Source: Mayamaea pseudoterrestris (taxonomy: Eukaryota). Taken from it: 64,000 nt of DNA. Of this stretch, positions 41,683-54,332 are shown piece by piece. The stretch lies in NCBI GenBank assembly GCA_027923505.1, contig BROI01000041.1:1-64000 (forward strand). The letters are read 5' to 3'. Each line of letters begins with the position of its first letter. The stretch's first letter is position 1. Below the pieces are notes generated by a model. The model made no database searches and was not told the DNA's origin. It worked only from the letters and a program-made list of their open reading frames with translations. A program made the translations under genes and the position numbers.

Positions 41683-43598
41683 CTACGGGGACGGCACGGA
41701 CTGGCACCAGGCCACCAAGCGCGCCGTCTCAGTCGGCGTGTGGGGGCCATGGTCGGCGCAGCGTGCGCACGCTGTCGTGCAACTGCCTCGCACATGGTAG
41801 GTTAGACACATCGGCGTGCCGTCGTCGCGTACCGGGAAAGCGCCGCGTCCGGCCGTGATGTTCCCAATGCGGAAATTCGGCTCCTGGGCGTTGCGAAAGG
41901 CAAGGAGTTCCGGAGGTGTGTCGGCCGCCGGGAGGGCCTCGCGCGTGCCGCCTCCACCGCCGCCGCCGCCTGCGCCGCCGCCACTTTGCGTGCCGCTTGA
42001 GCCTGGAGCGGCACCGCCGTTGCGTGGTGCGCCGCCACCTTGCGACGCTCCCGTCCGGGTGCCCGTTCCCCTTGTCGAAAGTGTCAAGTCATCCGAGGGT
42101 CCGCCGTCGACGATGCCTCCCCACGCCCCAGGTGTGCGCGGTCCGAGGCCCGGCAGCTCGAGGTCGTACCAGCTGCGGTCTTGGTAGTTCCACATGCGGA
42201 GGAGACTGAGAAGCGCGCTGGCTGTCGTGTCCCGATCATCCGCCAAGTCGCGAAGGAAGTGGCCGACACGGATCTGGATCCAACGCATCGCCTTGCTTGG
42301 ACCTTTTTCAATGCGGCCGAGGTAGCCTTCGTAGTCGTGCTCCTTCTCTCGGTACATTACCATGAACGTGTCGACTGTTACCGTGAGCGTGTGCGTCGCC
42401 CCTAGTACCTGCTTGAGTACCTTGAGGTAGGCTTCCATCTGCGAGCGGAACTGAGTTGGGGTGTTCGGGGCGAAGATCTTGCGATTCGCCTTGCGGAACG
42501 AGCGGGCGTCGCGCAAGTCCACGGACCCCCCCTTCAAAGACCAGTTGGTGGTCTTCCACGTTGGCTTGGATCTCAGCCGTTCGAGTCGATGCTGAGTTAG
42601 TGCTGGTGTCGAGCGTGGCGACGATAAACGGCTGGAGGCCTTGCGTCAGGTCGTTGATGTTGTCGGGCGCCGACGCGTTGAGGAGGCTCAAGTGCGCTGG
42701 CGTGGCGATGGGGCGGCAGCCTGGCCCGCCCGACTGGCGGTAGGCGTCGGCCAAGTTGTTCAATGCGTTGGCGCTGGTGCTACCCGCGAGGACCGCCCAG
42801 ATAGGCGGCCACGCGTCGCTGTCGTCCGTTCCCAGTAGGCGCCCCAGCAAGTTCATGCCGCCTACGCCGAACGTCTTGGTGAGTTGTGTCGCGGGGTCCG
42901 TGTCGTCTTTGCGTGATGCGCTGCGTTCTTGAGCGAGGAGCGTCATCAGTCGGATGCTGTCGATTGGGGCTTGAGGCGGCGCCGGCAGCGGAAGGTACAT
43001 GCGATGCACGGCGACACGCTGCTCGGCGAGGGATTGCGTCATCAGCACTGGCACTGGCGGCGGCGCCAAGGCGAGCGACGGTGGTCATTGTTCCGCTCGG
43101 CTGGCGCAGACAAGGAGAAAGTCGAGTAGTTCGCGATAATTGTCGACCCGATCGACCGCTCGCGGCGAACCACGGTGCGGTAGGCCTTGGGGGGGTCGTA
43201 GTGGTGATCCATCAGAAGCTCCACCAGCTCGTGCTGCAAGTAGCACGTGCGTCGCACTCGCGCCACGCATCCCGGAAGCGGGTCGCCGACCAAATCATCC
43301 ATGAGTTGAGTTGCCTAATGCCGGTCAGACGGCGGAGCACTGTCGGTTGTTGTGTCTGCCCGTGTAGGGTTGACGTCACATGCCCTTCGCCCGACGCCAT
43401 CGAGTGAACTCGCTGACGACGGAGGCGGAACCTCGCCGTGAACGTCCAGTGAGAAGCTCGAGAAAGTAAGCGCACGAGTGGAGTGCGGAACATGCACCAT
43501 TCTAGCAATGAGGTCGTCTGCTGTCACGCGACGGAGGCGTTGGTCGAGATGCCGGCGGGGCCCCCAATGGCGTGAGGGACAGGAGGAGCGTCAGCCAT
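41683..43598 (-). pseudogene. gag-like ORF1 of the YR element, frameshifted
   Basis: Overlapping ORFs 43042-43302, 42308-43069 and 41683-42537 end in a Gly-rich tract and a Cys/His cluster CLTYHVRGSCTTACARCADH. A candidate ATG lies at 43598, just after A1. Confidence 0.7.
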
Positions 43599-43605
43599 GG
43601 TAGCC

Positions 43606-43823
43606 TGAAGCTTATGAGACTATCTAATGAAGTACTGGAACTGCTTGACTCGGATGTCTGCAGTTGACTTCGTGCAACAGAATGAGGAGACGAGAATCGA
43701 CGTCGCGAGGCTTTCGCCGCGCGGAGCGTAGTAAGGCGGTATCAGGTAAAGTCTCGAGTAGGTGCATGTGCTTCTTGGTGTTCAATTGTCCGGTGCGGCT
43801 TTCTTCCCCCTGCACCGGAATGA
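43606..43823 (-). repeat. split direct repeat A1 (5' end of the YR element)
   Basis: Repeats 37936-38144. Confidence 0.9.
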
Positions 43824-44946
43824 GGAATGGCCTGCAGGCTGGGTGTGGCCAACACCCCAAATTATGGAATCGTACCACTACAATGCCCCGTGCCCTGGCC
43901 ACCCAACAACCCAATGAGTCAGGCAAAACATGTCCAGGGTGTGCCATGGACATGAGGATGGTCTGATATGGTGCAAAACGGACTGCCTGGAGGCCTACAC
44001 CATGGAATGGTCTGCATGCAGGGGGTTGCCAACACCCCAAATTATGAAATCATACCACTACAATGCCCCGTGCCCTGGCCACCCAACAACCCAATGAGTC
44101 AGGCAAAACATGTCCAGGGTGTGCCATTGAAACGAGGATGGTCTGACATGGTGCAAAACAGACTGCCGGGAGGCCTACACCATGGAATGGCCTGCAGGCT
44201 GGGTGTGGCCAACACCCCAAATTATGGAATCATACCACTACAATGCCCCGTGCCCTAGCCACCCAACAACCCAATGAGTCAGGCAAAACATGTCCAGGGT
44301 GTGCCATGGACATGAGGATGGTCTGATATGGTGCAAAACGGACTGCCTGGAGGCCTACACCATGGAATGGTCTGCATGCAGGGGGTTGCCAACACCCCAA
44401 ATTATGAAATCATACCACTACAATGCCCCGTGCCCTGGCCACCCAACAACCCAATGAGTCAGGCAAAACATGTCCAGGGTGTGCCATTGAAACGAGGATG
44501 GTCTGACATGGTGCAAAACAGACTGCCGGGAGGCCTACACCATGGAATGGTCTGCAGGCTGGGGGTGGCCAACACCCCAAATTATGGAATCATACCACTA
44601 CAATGCCCCGTGCCCTGGCCACCCAACAACCCAATGAGTCAGGCAAAACATGTCCAGGGTGTGCCATTGACATGAGGATGGTCTGAAATGATGCAAAACG
44701 GACTGTCTGGATGCCTACACCATGGAATGGTCGGCAGGCTGGGTTTGGCCAACACCCCAAATTCTGCAATCATACCACTACAATGCCCCGTGCCCTGGCC
44801 ACCCAACAACCCAATGAGTCAGGCAAAACAAGTCCAGGGTGTGCCATTGACATGAGGATGGTCTGACATGGTGCAAAACGGACTGCCTGGAGGCCTACAC
44901 CATGGAATGGTCTGCAGGATGGGGGTGGCCAACACCCTAAATTATG
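43824..44946 (+). repeat. SatC tandem satellite, 180-bp monomer, ~6 copies arranged as a 360-bp dimer
   Basis: ATTATG(G/A)AATC.TACCACTACAATGCCCCG recurs at 43861, 44041, 44221, 44401, 44581 and 44761, with alternating variants. Confidence 0.96.
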
Positions 44947-45206
44947 AGACTGGTGACAAGTTGTCACCAAATACATTGCCATCCCCTGAGACACCAGCCA
45001 AGCCTACCATCTTGTAGCGCAGCCTGAATAATGATGTTGGCACCATTCTGGTGTATTTTGGGCACCTACAGGGCTTGCTGTAGGGGCGTTTGAATGTCAC
45101 GGCATCTGCGGGCTGAGACTGGTGACAAGTTGTCACCAAATACATTGCCATACCCTGAGACACCAGCCAAGCCTAACATCTTGTAGCGCAGCCTGAATAA
45201 TGATGT
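44945..45206 (+). repeat. SatA, ~1.5 copies
   Basis: TGAGACTGGTGACAAGTTGTCACC... in the same orientation as 5705-15090. Confidence 0.93.
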
Positions 45207-45211
45207 GTCTT

Positions 45212-45254
45212 GGTATACCATTGCATGGATTGCACATCCTGCATCCTTTAAGCA
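45212..45254 (-). repeat. inverted SatB fragment at the SatA inversion point
   Basis: GGTATACCATTGCATGGATTGCACATCCTGCATCCTTTA is the reverse complement (one mismatch) of SatB TAAAGGATGCAGGATGTGCAATCCATTCAATGGTATACC. Confidence 0.85.
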
Positions 45255-46325
45255 CTACGAGATGGTAGTCTTGGCTGGTGTCTCCGGGGATGGCAATGTA
45301 TTTGGTGACAACTTGTCACCAGTCTCAGCCCACTGATGCCGTGACATTCAAACGCCCCTATTTAGCAGGCCCTATAGGTGCCCAAAATACACCAGAATGG
45401 TGCCAACATCATTATCCAATCTGCGCAACAAGATGGTAGGCTTGGGTGGTGTCTCTGGGGATGGCAATGTATTTGGTGACAACTTGTCACCAGTCTCAGC
45501 CGTCGATGCCATGACATTCAAACGCCCCTATAGCAAGCAATAAAGGTGTCCAAATTACACCAGAATGGTGCCAACATCATTATGCAGGCTGCGCAACCAG
45601 ATGGTAGGCTTGGCTGGTGTCTCAGGGGATGGCAATGCATTTGGTGACAACTTGTCACCAGTCTCAGCCCGCAGATGCTGTGACATTCAAACGCCCTTAC
45701 AGCAAGCCCTGTAGGTGCCCAAAATACACCAGAATGGTGCCAACATCATTATTCAGGCTGCGCTACAAGATGGTAGGCTTGGCTGGTGTCTCAGGGGATG
45801 GCAATGTATTTGGTGACAACATGTCACCAGTCTCAGCCGTCGATGCCATGACATTCAAACGCCCCTATAGCAAGCCCTGTAGGTGTCCAAATTACACCAG
45901 AATGGTGCCAACATCATTATTCAGGCTGCGCAAGAAGATGGTAGGCTTGGGTGGTGTCTCAGGGGTTGGCAATGTATTTGGTGACAACATGTCACCAGTC
46001 TCAGCACACAGATGCCATGATATTCAAACGCCCCTACAGCAAGCCCTGTAGATGCCCAAAATACACCAGAATGGTGCCAACATCATTATTCAGGCTGCGC
46101 TACAAGATGGTAGACTTGGCTGGTGTCACTGGGGATGGCAATGTATTTGGTGACAACTTGTCACCAGTCTCAGCCTGCAGATGCTGTGACATATAATTGC
46201 CCCTATAACATGCCCTGTATACACCCAAATTACACCAAAATGGTGCCAACATCATTATTCAGCCTGTGCTACAAGAAAAACTGCCTGGCTGGTCCCTTAG
46301 TAGACTGCAAATGTGATTGGTGACA
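45255..46325 (-). repeat. SatA, inverted orientation, ~6 copies
   Basis: Reverse-complement monomer ...GATGGTAGGCTTGGCTGGTGTCTCAGGGGATGGCAATGTATTTGGTGACAACTTGTCACC... Confidence 0.95.
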
Positions 46326-46481
46326 GCTCACCAATATGTGGATTAAAGATGGCAATGCTTCAAATGATGGGGTTAGCCAAAGTTCTCTGCCTTTTGGGCA
46401 TAGAAGGAATTTTTTAAGAATCTCTTTTACTAGCCTGGCAGGTACCAATCTTACACAACATACATGATCAAAGCCTACATT

Positions 46482-49400
46482 CTAGGCATGCATAAAGGAT
46501 GCAGGATGTGCAATCCATTCAAATTTATACCTACAGACCCTCCAGGAAAATGATCGGGGTTGGGTTTGGCATGGGTCCAGCTACTCCAATACAAACACAC
46601 TCAAAAGCCATAGCCATGAGCCAGCCTGCTTCAATATGAGTCTCTGCGGTGGCTAGGCATGCATAAAGGATGCAGGATGTGCAATCCATTCAAATTTATA
46701 CCTACAGACCCTCCAGGAAAATGACCGGGGTTGGGTTTGGCATGGGTCCAGCTACTCCAATACAAACACACTTAAAAGCCATAGCCATGAGCCAGCCTGC
46801 TTCAATATGAGTCTCTGCGGTTGCTAGGCATGCATATAGGATGCAGGATGTGCAAACCATTCAATAATATACCTTCACACCCTCCAGTAAAATGACCGGG
46901 GTTGGGTTCAGCAATGGTTGAGCTGTTCAAATACAAACACACTCAATAGCCATAGCCATGAGCCAGCCTGCTTCAATATGCGTCTCTGCGGTGGCTAGGC
47001 ATGCATAAAGGATGCAGTATGTGCAATCTATTCAATGGTATACCTTTACACCCTCCAGTTAAATGACTGGGGTTGGGTTCAGCAATGGTTTCAGCTATTC
47101 AAATACAAACACACTCAATAGCCATAGCCATGAGCCAGCCTGCTTCTATATGAGTCTCTGCGGTTGCTGGGCATGAACTTTAGATGTAAAATGTGCAATC
47201 CATTCAATGGTATACCTTCACACCCTCCAGGAAAATGACTGGGGCTGGGTTTGGCATGGGTCCAGCTACTCCAATCTAAACACACTCAAAAGCCATAGCC
47301 ATGAGCCAGCCTGCTTCAATATGAGTCTCTGCGGTTGCTAGGCATGCATAAAGGATGCATGATGTGCAAACCATTCAATGGTATACCTTCACACCCTCAA
47401 GTAAAATGACCGGGGTTGGGTTCAGCAATGGTTGAGCTGTTCAAATACAAACACACTCAATAGCCATAGCCATGAGGCAGCCTGCTTCAATATGCGTCTC
47501 TGCGGTTGCTAGGCATGCATAAAGGATGCAGGATGTGCATTCCATTCAATGGTATACCTTCAAACCCTCCAGTAAAATGACCGGGGTTGGGTACAGCGAT
47601 GGTTTCAGCTATTCAAATACAAACACACTCAATAGCCATAGCCATGAGCCAGCCTGCTTCAATATGCGTCTCTGCGGTGGCTAGGCATGCATAAAGGATA
47701 CAGGATGTGCAATCCATTCAAATTTATACCTACAGACCCTCCAGGAAAATGACCCGGGTTGGGTTTGGCGTGGGTCCAGCTACTCCAATACAAACACACT
47801 CAATAGCCATAGCCATGAGCCAGCCTGCTTCAATATGAGTCTCTGCGGTTGCTAGGCATGCATAAAGGATGCAGGATGTGCAATCCATTCAATGGTATAC
47901 CTTCACACCCTCCAGTAAAATGACCGGGGTTGGGTTCAGCAATGGTTTCAGCTATTCAAATACAAACACACTCAATAGCCCTAGCCATGAGGCAGCCTGC
48001 TTCAATATGAGTCTCTGCGGTTGCTAGGCATGCATAAAGGATGCAGGATGTGCAATCCATTCAAATTTATACCTACAGACCCTCCAGGAAAATGACCGGG
48101 GTTGGGTTTGGCATGGGTCCAGCTACTCCAATACAAACACACTCAAAAGCCATAGCCATGAGCCAGCCTGCTTCAATATGAGTCTCTGCGGTTGCTAGGC
48201 ATGCATAAAGGATGCAGGATGTGCAATCCATTCAATGGTATACCTTCAAACCCTCTGGTTAAATGACTGGGGTTGGGTTCATCAATGGTTTCAGCTATTC
48301 AAAACAAACACACTCAATAGCCATAGGCATGTGCCAGCCAGCTTCAATCTGAGTCTCTGCGGTTGCTAGGCATGCATAAAGGATGCAGGATGTGCAATCC
48401 ATTCAATGGTATACCTTCAAACCCTCCAGTAAAATGACCGGGGTTGGGTTCAGCCATGGTTTCAGCTATTCAAATACAAACACACTCAATAGCCATAGCC
48501 ATGAGGCAGCCTGCTTCAATATGAGTCTCTGCGGTTGCTAGGCATGCATAACGGCATGAGCCAGCCAAGGATGTGCAATCCATTCAATGGTATACCTTCA
48601 AACCCTCCAGTAAAATGACCGGGGTTGGGTTCGGCCAATGGTCACAAGTTCAAATACAAACACACTCAACAGCCTTGGCCATGGGCCAGCCTGTTTCATT
48701 ATGAGTCTCTGCGGTGGCCAGGCATGCATAAAGGATGCAGGATGTGTCAATCCATTCAATGGTATACCTTCAACACCCTCAGTAAAATGACTCAGGGTTG
48801 GGTTCGGCATGGGTTCAGTTATTCAAATACAAACACGCTCAATAGCCATAGCCATGAGTCAGCCTGATTCAATATGAGTCTCTGCGGTTGCTAGGCATGG
48901 ATTAAAGATCCAGGTTGAGCAATCCATTCAATGGTATACCTTCAAACCTTCCAGGAAAATGACTGGGGTTGGGATCAGCCATGGTTTCAGCTATATAAAT
49001 ACAAACACACTCAATAGCCATAGCCATGGGCCAGCCTGCTTCAATATGAGTCTCTGCGGTTGCTAGGCATGGAATAAAGATGCAGGATGTGCAATCCATT
49101 CAATGGTATACCTTCAAACCCTCCAGTAAAATGACCGGGTTGGGTTCAGCAATGGTTTCAGCTATTCAGATACAAACAGATTCAATAGCCATAGCCATGA
49201 GCCAGCCTGCTTCAATATGAGTCTCTGCGGCTGCTAGGCATGGTTAAAGGATGCAGGATGTGCAATCCATTCCATGATATACCTTCACACCCTCCAGTAA
49301 AATGACCGGGGTTGGGTTTAGCAATGGTTTTAGCTGTTTAAATACAAACACACTCAATAGCCATAGCCATGAGCCAGCCTGCTTCAATATGAGTCTCTGC

Positions 49401-52400
49401 GGGTGCTAGGCATGCATAAAGGATGCAGGATGTGCAATCCTGTCAGTGGTATACCTTCAAACCCTCCAGTAAAATGACCGAGGTTAAGTTCAGCTACTCA
49501 AATACAAACACAATCAATAGCCATAGCCATGGACCAGCCTGCATCAATATGAGTCTCTGCGGTTGCTAGGCATGCATAAAGGATGCAGGATGTGCAATCC
49601 ATTCAATGGTATACCTTCAAACCCTCCAGTAAAATGACCGGGGTTGGGTTCAGCAATGGTTTCAGCTATTCAAATACAAACACACTCAATAGCCATAGCC
49701 ATGAGCCAGCCTGCTTCAATATGAGTCTCTGCGGTTGCTAGGCATGAACTATAGATGTAGGATGTGCAATCCATTCAATGGTTTACCTTCAAACCCTCCA
49801 GTAAAATGACTGGGGTTGGGTTCAGCAATGGTTTCAGCTATTCAAATACAAACACACTCAATAGCCATAGCCATGAGCCAGCCTGCTTCAATATGAGTCT
49901 CTGCGGTTGCTAGGCATGCATAAAGGATGCAGGATTTGCAATCCATTCAATGATATACCTTCACACCCTCCAGTAAAATGACCGGGGTTGGGTTCAGCAA
50001 TGGTTGACTCTCCAAATACAAACACACTCAATAGCCATAGCCATGAGCCAGCCTGCTTCAATATGAGTCTCTGCGGTTGCTAGGCATGCATAAAGAATGC
50101 AGGATGTGCAATCCATTCCATGGTATACCTTCAAACCCTCCAGTAAAATGACCGGGCTGGGTTCAGCAATGGTTTCAGCTATTCAAATACAAACACACTT
50201 AATAGCCATAGTCATGAGCCAGCCTGCTTCAATATGAGTCTCTGCGGTTGCTAGGCATGCATAAAGGATGCAGGATTTGCAATCCATTCAATGGTATACC
50301 TTCAAACCCCAGTACTGGGGTTGGGTTCAGCAATGGTTTCGGCTATTCAAAATAAACACACTCAATAGCCATAGCCATGAGCCAGCCTGCTTCAATGTGC
50401 GTCTCTGCGGTCGCTAGGCGCATGCATAAGGATGCAGGATTTGCAATTCATTCAATGGTATACCTTCAAACCCTCCAGTAAAATGACCGGGGTTGGGTTC
50501 AGCAATGGTTTCAGCTTATTCAAAAAACACACTCAATAGCCATAGCCATGAGCCAGCCTGCTTTCAATCTGGTCTCTGCGGTTGCTAGGCATGCATCAAC
50601 GATGCAGGATTTGCAGTCCATTCAATGGTTCCTTCCCCCTTCAGTAAAATGCGGGTTGGGTTCTAGCCATGGTTTCAGCTGTCCCGAAATACACTCAATG
50701 CCATGGCCCCTGCTTCTTGGTCTCTGCGGTTGCTGGGCATGGGTTAAAAGATGCAGGATGTGCAATCCATTCAATGTTCACCTTCAAACCCTAGTAAAGC
50801 GGTGGGTTCGGCATATGCTCCTCCAAAACAATCATGCTCTAGCCATGAGCCAGCCGCTCTTCAACTGGTCTCTGCGGTTGCTAGGCATGGATAAAGGATG
50901 CAGGTTGTGCAATCCGTTCAATGGTTCCTTCACACCCCGTAAAACGGGGTTTCGCTTCGGGTTTCAGCTATTCCCAAACACACTAGCTGCCCCGAGCCAG
51001 CCTGCTTCAATATGAGTCTCTGCGGTTGCTAGGCATGCATAAGGATAGCAGTATAAATATAAACATTTCTTAACCATTGGTATACCTTCAAACCCTCCAG
51101 AAAAATGACCTGGGTTGGGTTCAGCCAAGGTTTCAGCTATTCAAATTTAAACACACTCAATAGCCATAGCCATGAGCCAGCCTGCTTCGATGAGTCTCTG
51201 CGGTTGCTAGGCATGGATTAAAGATGCAGGATGTGCAATCAATTCAATTGTATACATTCACACCCTCCAGTAAAATGACTGGGGTTGGGTGGGGTTTGGT
51301 GGTGTCTGGCAGGCACATGGGTTTCAGCTATTCAAACACACTCAATAATCATATCCATGGGCCATCCAGCTTCAATATGAGGCTCTGCGAATGCTAGGAA
51401 TGCTGAAAGGATGCAGGATGTGCAATTCATTCAATGGTATACCTACAACCCCTCCAGGAAAATGACTGGGGCTGGGTTCGGCATGGGTCCGACTACTGAA
51501 ATATAAACACACTCAATAGCCATAGGCATGTGCCAGACAGCTTCAATCTGAGTCTCTGCGGTTGCTAGGCATGCATAAAAGATGCAGGATGTGCAATCCA
51601 TTCAATGGTATACCTTCAAACCCTCCAGTAAAATGACCGGGGTTGGGTTCAGCCATGGTTTCAGCTATTCAAATACAAACACACTCAATAGCCATAGCCA
51701 TGAGCCAGCCTGCTTCAATATAAGTCTCTGCGGTTGCTAGGCATGGATTAAAGATGTAGGATGTGCAATCTGTTCAATGGTTTACCTACAAACCCTCCAG
51801 GAAAATGACCATGGTTAGTTTCAGCATGGGTTTCAGCTACTCAAATACAAACACACTCAATAGCCAAAGCCATGGGCCTTCCAGCTTCAATATGAGTCTC
51901 TGCGATTGCTAGGAATGCTTTAAAAATGCAGGATGTGCAATCCCTTCAATGGTATACCTTCTAACCCTCCAGTAAAATGACCAGGGTTAAGTTCAGCCAT
52001 GGGTCCAGCTACTCAAATACAAACACACTCAATAGCCATAGCCATTAGCCAGCCTGCATCAATATGAGTCTCTGCGGTTGCTAGGCATGGATTATGGATG
52101 TAGGATGTGCACTCCGTTCAATGGTTTACCTACAAACCCTCAGTAAAATGACCGGGGTTGGGTGGGGTTTGGTGGTGTCTGACAGGCACATGGGTTTCAG
52201 CTATTCAAACACACTCAATAGCCATACCCATGGGCCATTCAGCTTCAATATGAGGCTCTGGGGTTGCTAGGCATGGATTAAAGATGCAGGATGTGCAATC
52301 CATTCAATGGTATACCTTCAAACCCTCCAGTAAAATGAACGGGGTTGGGTTCAGCCATGGTTTCAGCTATTCAAATGCAAACACACTCGATAGCCATAGC

Positions 52401-52541
52401 CATGAGCCAGCCAGCTTCAATAAGAGTCTCTGTTGTTGCAAGGCATGGATTATGGATGTAGGATGTGCAATCCATTTAATGGTATACCTTCCAACCTTCC
52501 AGAAATTTGACCGGGGTTGGGTTCAGCAATGGTTTCAGCTA
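46482..52541 (+). repeat. SatB array, ~35 copies
   Basis: The 172-bp unit (starts at 49692, 49864) is in the same orientation as 15091-23892. Confidence 0.97.
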
Positions 52542-54039
52542 CACCCCTATAGCAAGCCCTGTAGGTGTCCAAAATACACCAGAATGGTGCCAACATCATT
52601 ATCCAGGCTGCGCAACAATATGGTAGGCTTGGCTGGTGTCTCAGGGGATGGCAATGTATTTGGTGACAACTTGTCACCAGTCTCAGCCCGCTGATGCCAT
52701 ACACTCAGACACACCTACATCAGGCCCGGTAGGTGCCCAAATTACACCAGAATAATGCCAACCTCCTTTTTTTCGGCTGCGCTACAAAATGGTAGGCTGT
52801 CCAAAATACACCAGAATGGTGCCAACATCATTATTCAGGCTGCGCTACAAGATGGTAGGCTTGGCTGGTGTCTCCGGGGATGGCAATGTATTTGGTGACA
52901 ACTTGTCACCAGTCTCAGCCCACTGATGCCATGACATTCAAACGCCCCTACATCAGGCCCTGTAGGTGCTTAAATTACACCAAAATGGTGCAAACATCAT
53001 TATTCCGGCTGCACTACAAGTTGGTAGGCTTGGCTGGTGTTTCTGGGGATGGCAATGTATTTGGTGACAACTTGTCACCAGTCTCAGCCCACTGATGCCG
53101 TGACATTCAAACGCCCCTACATCAGGCCCTGTAGGTTTCCAAATTACACCAGAATGGTGCCAACATCATTATTCAGGCTGCGCGACAAGATGGTAGGCTT
53201 GGCTGGTGTTTCCGGGGATGGCAATGTATTTGGTGACCTTTTGTCACCAGTCTCAGCCCGCTGTTGCCGTGACATTCAAACGCCCCTACATCAGGCCCTG
53301 TAGGTGCCCAAATTACACCAGATTGATGCCAACATTTTTTCAGGCTGCGCTACATGATGGTTGGCTTGGCTGGTGTCTCAGGGGATGGCAATGTGTATTT
53401 GGTGACAACTTGTCACCAGTTTTAGCCCGCTGATGCTGTGACATTAAAACGCCCCTATAGCAAGCCCTGTAGGTGTCCAAATTACACCAGAATGGTGCCA
53501 ACATCATTATTCAGGCTGCGCTACAAGATGGTAGGCTTGGCTGGTGTCTCTGGGGATGGCAATGTATTTTGTGACCTTTTGTCACCAGTCTCAGCCCGCT
53601 GTTGCCGTGACATTCAAACGCCCCTACATCAGGCCCTGTAGGTACCCAAATTACACCAGAATGATGCCAACATTTTTCAGACTGCGCTACAAGTTGGTTG
53701 GCTTGGCTGGTGTCTCAGGGGATGGCAATGTGTATTTGGTGACAACTTGTCACCAGTTTTAGCCCGCTGATGCCGTGACATTCAAACGCCCCTATAGCAA
53801 GCCCTGTAGGTGTCCAAATTACACCAGAATGGTGCCAACATCATTATTCAGGCTGCGCTACAAGATGGTAGGCTTGGCTGGTGTCTCCGGTGATGGCAAT
53901 GTATTTGGTGACAACTTGTCACCAGTCTCAGCCCACTGATGCTGTGACATTCAAACGCCCCTTCATCAGGCCCTGTAGGCGGTTAAATTAACACCAGCGA
54001 GCCCTGTAGGTGCCCAAATTAAACCAGCATGGTGCCAAT
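52542..54039 (-). repeat. SatA, inverted orientation, ~9 copies
   Basis: Reverse-complement SatA monomers. ORF-track offsets 52868/53037/53206 give 169 bp. Confidence 0.95.
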
Positions 54040-54332
54040 ATTCCGGCTCAGGGCGGATGCTTCGAGGAGACTGCCTTGGGGACACTCATAAGATACCTTA
54101 TGAGTACACTCTGAGTGATACACATCATCGATGGTTCGGGACACGTCACATGCGACATCAATGGAGGACCGACAACCACAGACCAAGTTGCCGATCCCCA
54201 TCCGATGCCTCTCATTCCTCTTGCTTGCTTGCTTGCCAACCCTGTTGTCTAGCCAGCTTGTTTGTTTGTTTGTTCTTGCCTTTGTTGCTCGAACCGCGTT
54301 TCTCAGCTTTCATTCCCTCATTTCTCTCGATC

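Larger units (their letters stand above)
37787..43823 (-). mobile_element. tyrosine-recombinase (DIRS-order, Ngaro-like) retrotransposon with split direct repeats
   Basis: The element strand reads A1-gag-RT/RH-YR-B1-A2-B2. There is no TSD and no methyltransferase domain is visible between RH and YR. The flanks are contiguous SatC sequence. Confidence 0.9.

Noticed and set aside
37936..43823. Direct repeats A1/A2 as the LTRs of a gypsy/copia element
   Set aside because: There is no DDE integrase or protease, no TSD, an additional B1/B2 repeat pair, a DIRS-type RT and YR motifs.
43968..44675. ORFs within SatC
   Set aside because: The 180-bp period keeps the frame open. These are repeated peptides with no recognisable domain.
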